A stretch of DNA of 64,000 nt from Camelus dromedarius (lineage: Eukaryota), in contig NC_087436.1 in assembly GCF_036321535.1 (NCBI RefSeq), forward strand, positions 37,512,001-37,576,000, written 5' to 3'. Position numbers and translations under genes: made by a program. Numbering within the stretch: the first letter of the stretch is position 1; the number at the start of each line of letters is the position of its first letter. Below, in pieces: positions 62,801-64,000 of the stretch. The notes under the pieces were generated by a model. The model saw nothing but the letters and a program-made list of their open reading frames with translations. It had not been told where the DNA came from and did not search any database.

Positions 62801-64000
62801 TGGGAATTTAAGGGAAGTTAAAGTAACTCCTGTTTTCCAATAGAAAAGATAAAAACTTAAGCCCAAAGGAAAATGAACTTTGTTAGGCAATCTTAACTCT
62901 TACTTTGAGGTCTTTCTTGGCTTCTAAGGGACCTAACTCTGCAGAGAAAACTTTGCAGGTTTAACGATGATGAAAAAAAAAAAAAATACTGAAATCCAAA
63001 TCCAGAAAATGACAGTAAATTAATTCTCCCCCCCTCCCCCCACGTATCCCTCCTTTGCTAGACCTGGGAGACAGATAGTGCAAAGGTAGTCTTGTGAAGA
63101 ACAAAGCAATGAGAGGAGTTGGATATTTTAATTTTAACGTTTTTAGTTTCTTTTTGATTCAGTGATATTTCCCCCATCTTGCACAATCCACTTTAACTAA
63201 ATGAAATATGATAAATGATTACTTGGTAAAAAAGCAGAAATCATAATCAATATTCACAGAACAGAGCCTGAGTAAACATCAGTAACGGCACTGAGATGAA
63301 GATTTGTTACGGACTGTCAAAAACACAATGAATTATATTAATTTAATCTCACAAATTCATTTCATCTCATCTTATAAATAAATACTAGACAATATTTCTG
63401 AGATATTTTTAAGTTTGTTCCATTATCTACAAAAACATATAACCAATGAGTTTTTTCTTTTTTCAGCAGGCTGACTTTTGCTTAAAATGTAGCTACTTCC
63501 CCATTTAAAGAGCTCCACACAATTTTCTTCTAAATACAGCCTCAAGACTGTTTTCTCATTTGATGTGTCCTCCCCCTAGCAGTCCCCCACCACACCTTCC
63601 CTGTGTGGGAGTGCCTTTCTTTCCCACCATATCCACCCATGTCTGAGAGCCCCCCCCACCCCTTCTGGATTAAATCAGCATCAAGCATTTGCCCCATGTG
63701 CTCACAAGAAGCCAAGTTTATTGTCCTCAAAGTTTTGGCTCTGCCTTGGATAGCTTTGTTTTATGTATTCAAAGACAAATGGGTAATAAAAGGCCCCCCT
63801 CTCTTTTTGAACTTGATAAAAAGATCTGCAACTTGTTTTTCTCTCCATGGTTGAGTTTACATGATCCATTTAGACTTTTTACACTCATTTATGCTATTTT
63901 GCTCAATGTAGTTAGTGACAACATTAAATAATTGATTCAGCAACAACTTACTGATGTCTGCCTGTATCTGTGATAACTCTGAAAAACACAAAGATGAATA

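Noticed and set aside
31137..64000. TNIP3 or other downstream gene exons
   Set aside because: No ORF or exon recognisable as TNIP3 or any other host protein.

Overview
This is mammalian genomic DNA, not prokaryotic. The young L1 3' ends look camelid/cetartiodactyl, and I saw no Alu, B1, Bov-tA, PRE-1 or Can-SINE; the lineage call is inference. The only supportable protein-coding gene is QRFPR (GPR103, the 26RFa/QRFP neuropeptide receptor) on the + strand. Its coding exons 2-6 lie at 20866-21024, 24463-24524, 28126-28361, 29878-29975 and 30736-31136. All have GT-AG boundaries, join in frame, and end at a TGA. Exon 1 is upstream of the window, so 1-20865 is the 3' part of intron 1. The rest is intronic and intergenic DNA dense in decayed interspersed repeats: MIR, L2, CR1/L3, L1, MaLR/ERVL LTRs, an ERVL pol remnant, a MER41-like LTR, and hAT and Tigger MITEs. 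Most ORFs in the supplied track are spurious or decayed TE fragments. I found no convincing new biological system. The best second-look items are a TSD-flanked, internally deleted L1 lacking its 3' end in intron 2; a MER41-like solo LTR with an N4-spaced STAT motif; a candidate poison micro-exon; a diverged ~195-bp duplicated intronic segment; and several candidate CTCF/enhancer sites. Repeat family names come from recalled consensus resemblance, and their boundaries are approximate unless a TSD or TIR is given.
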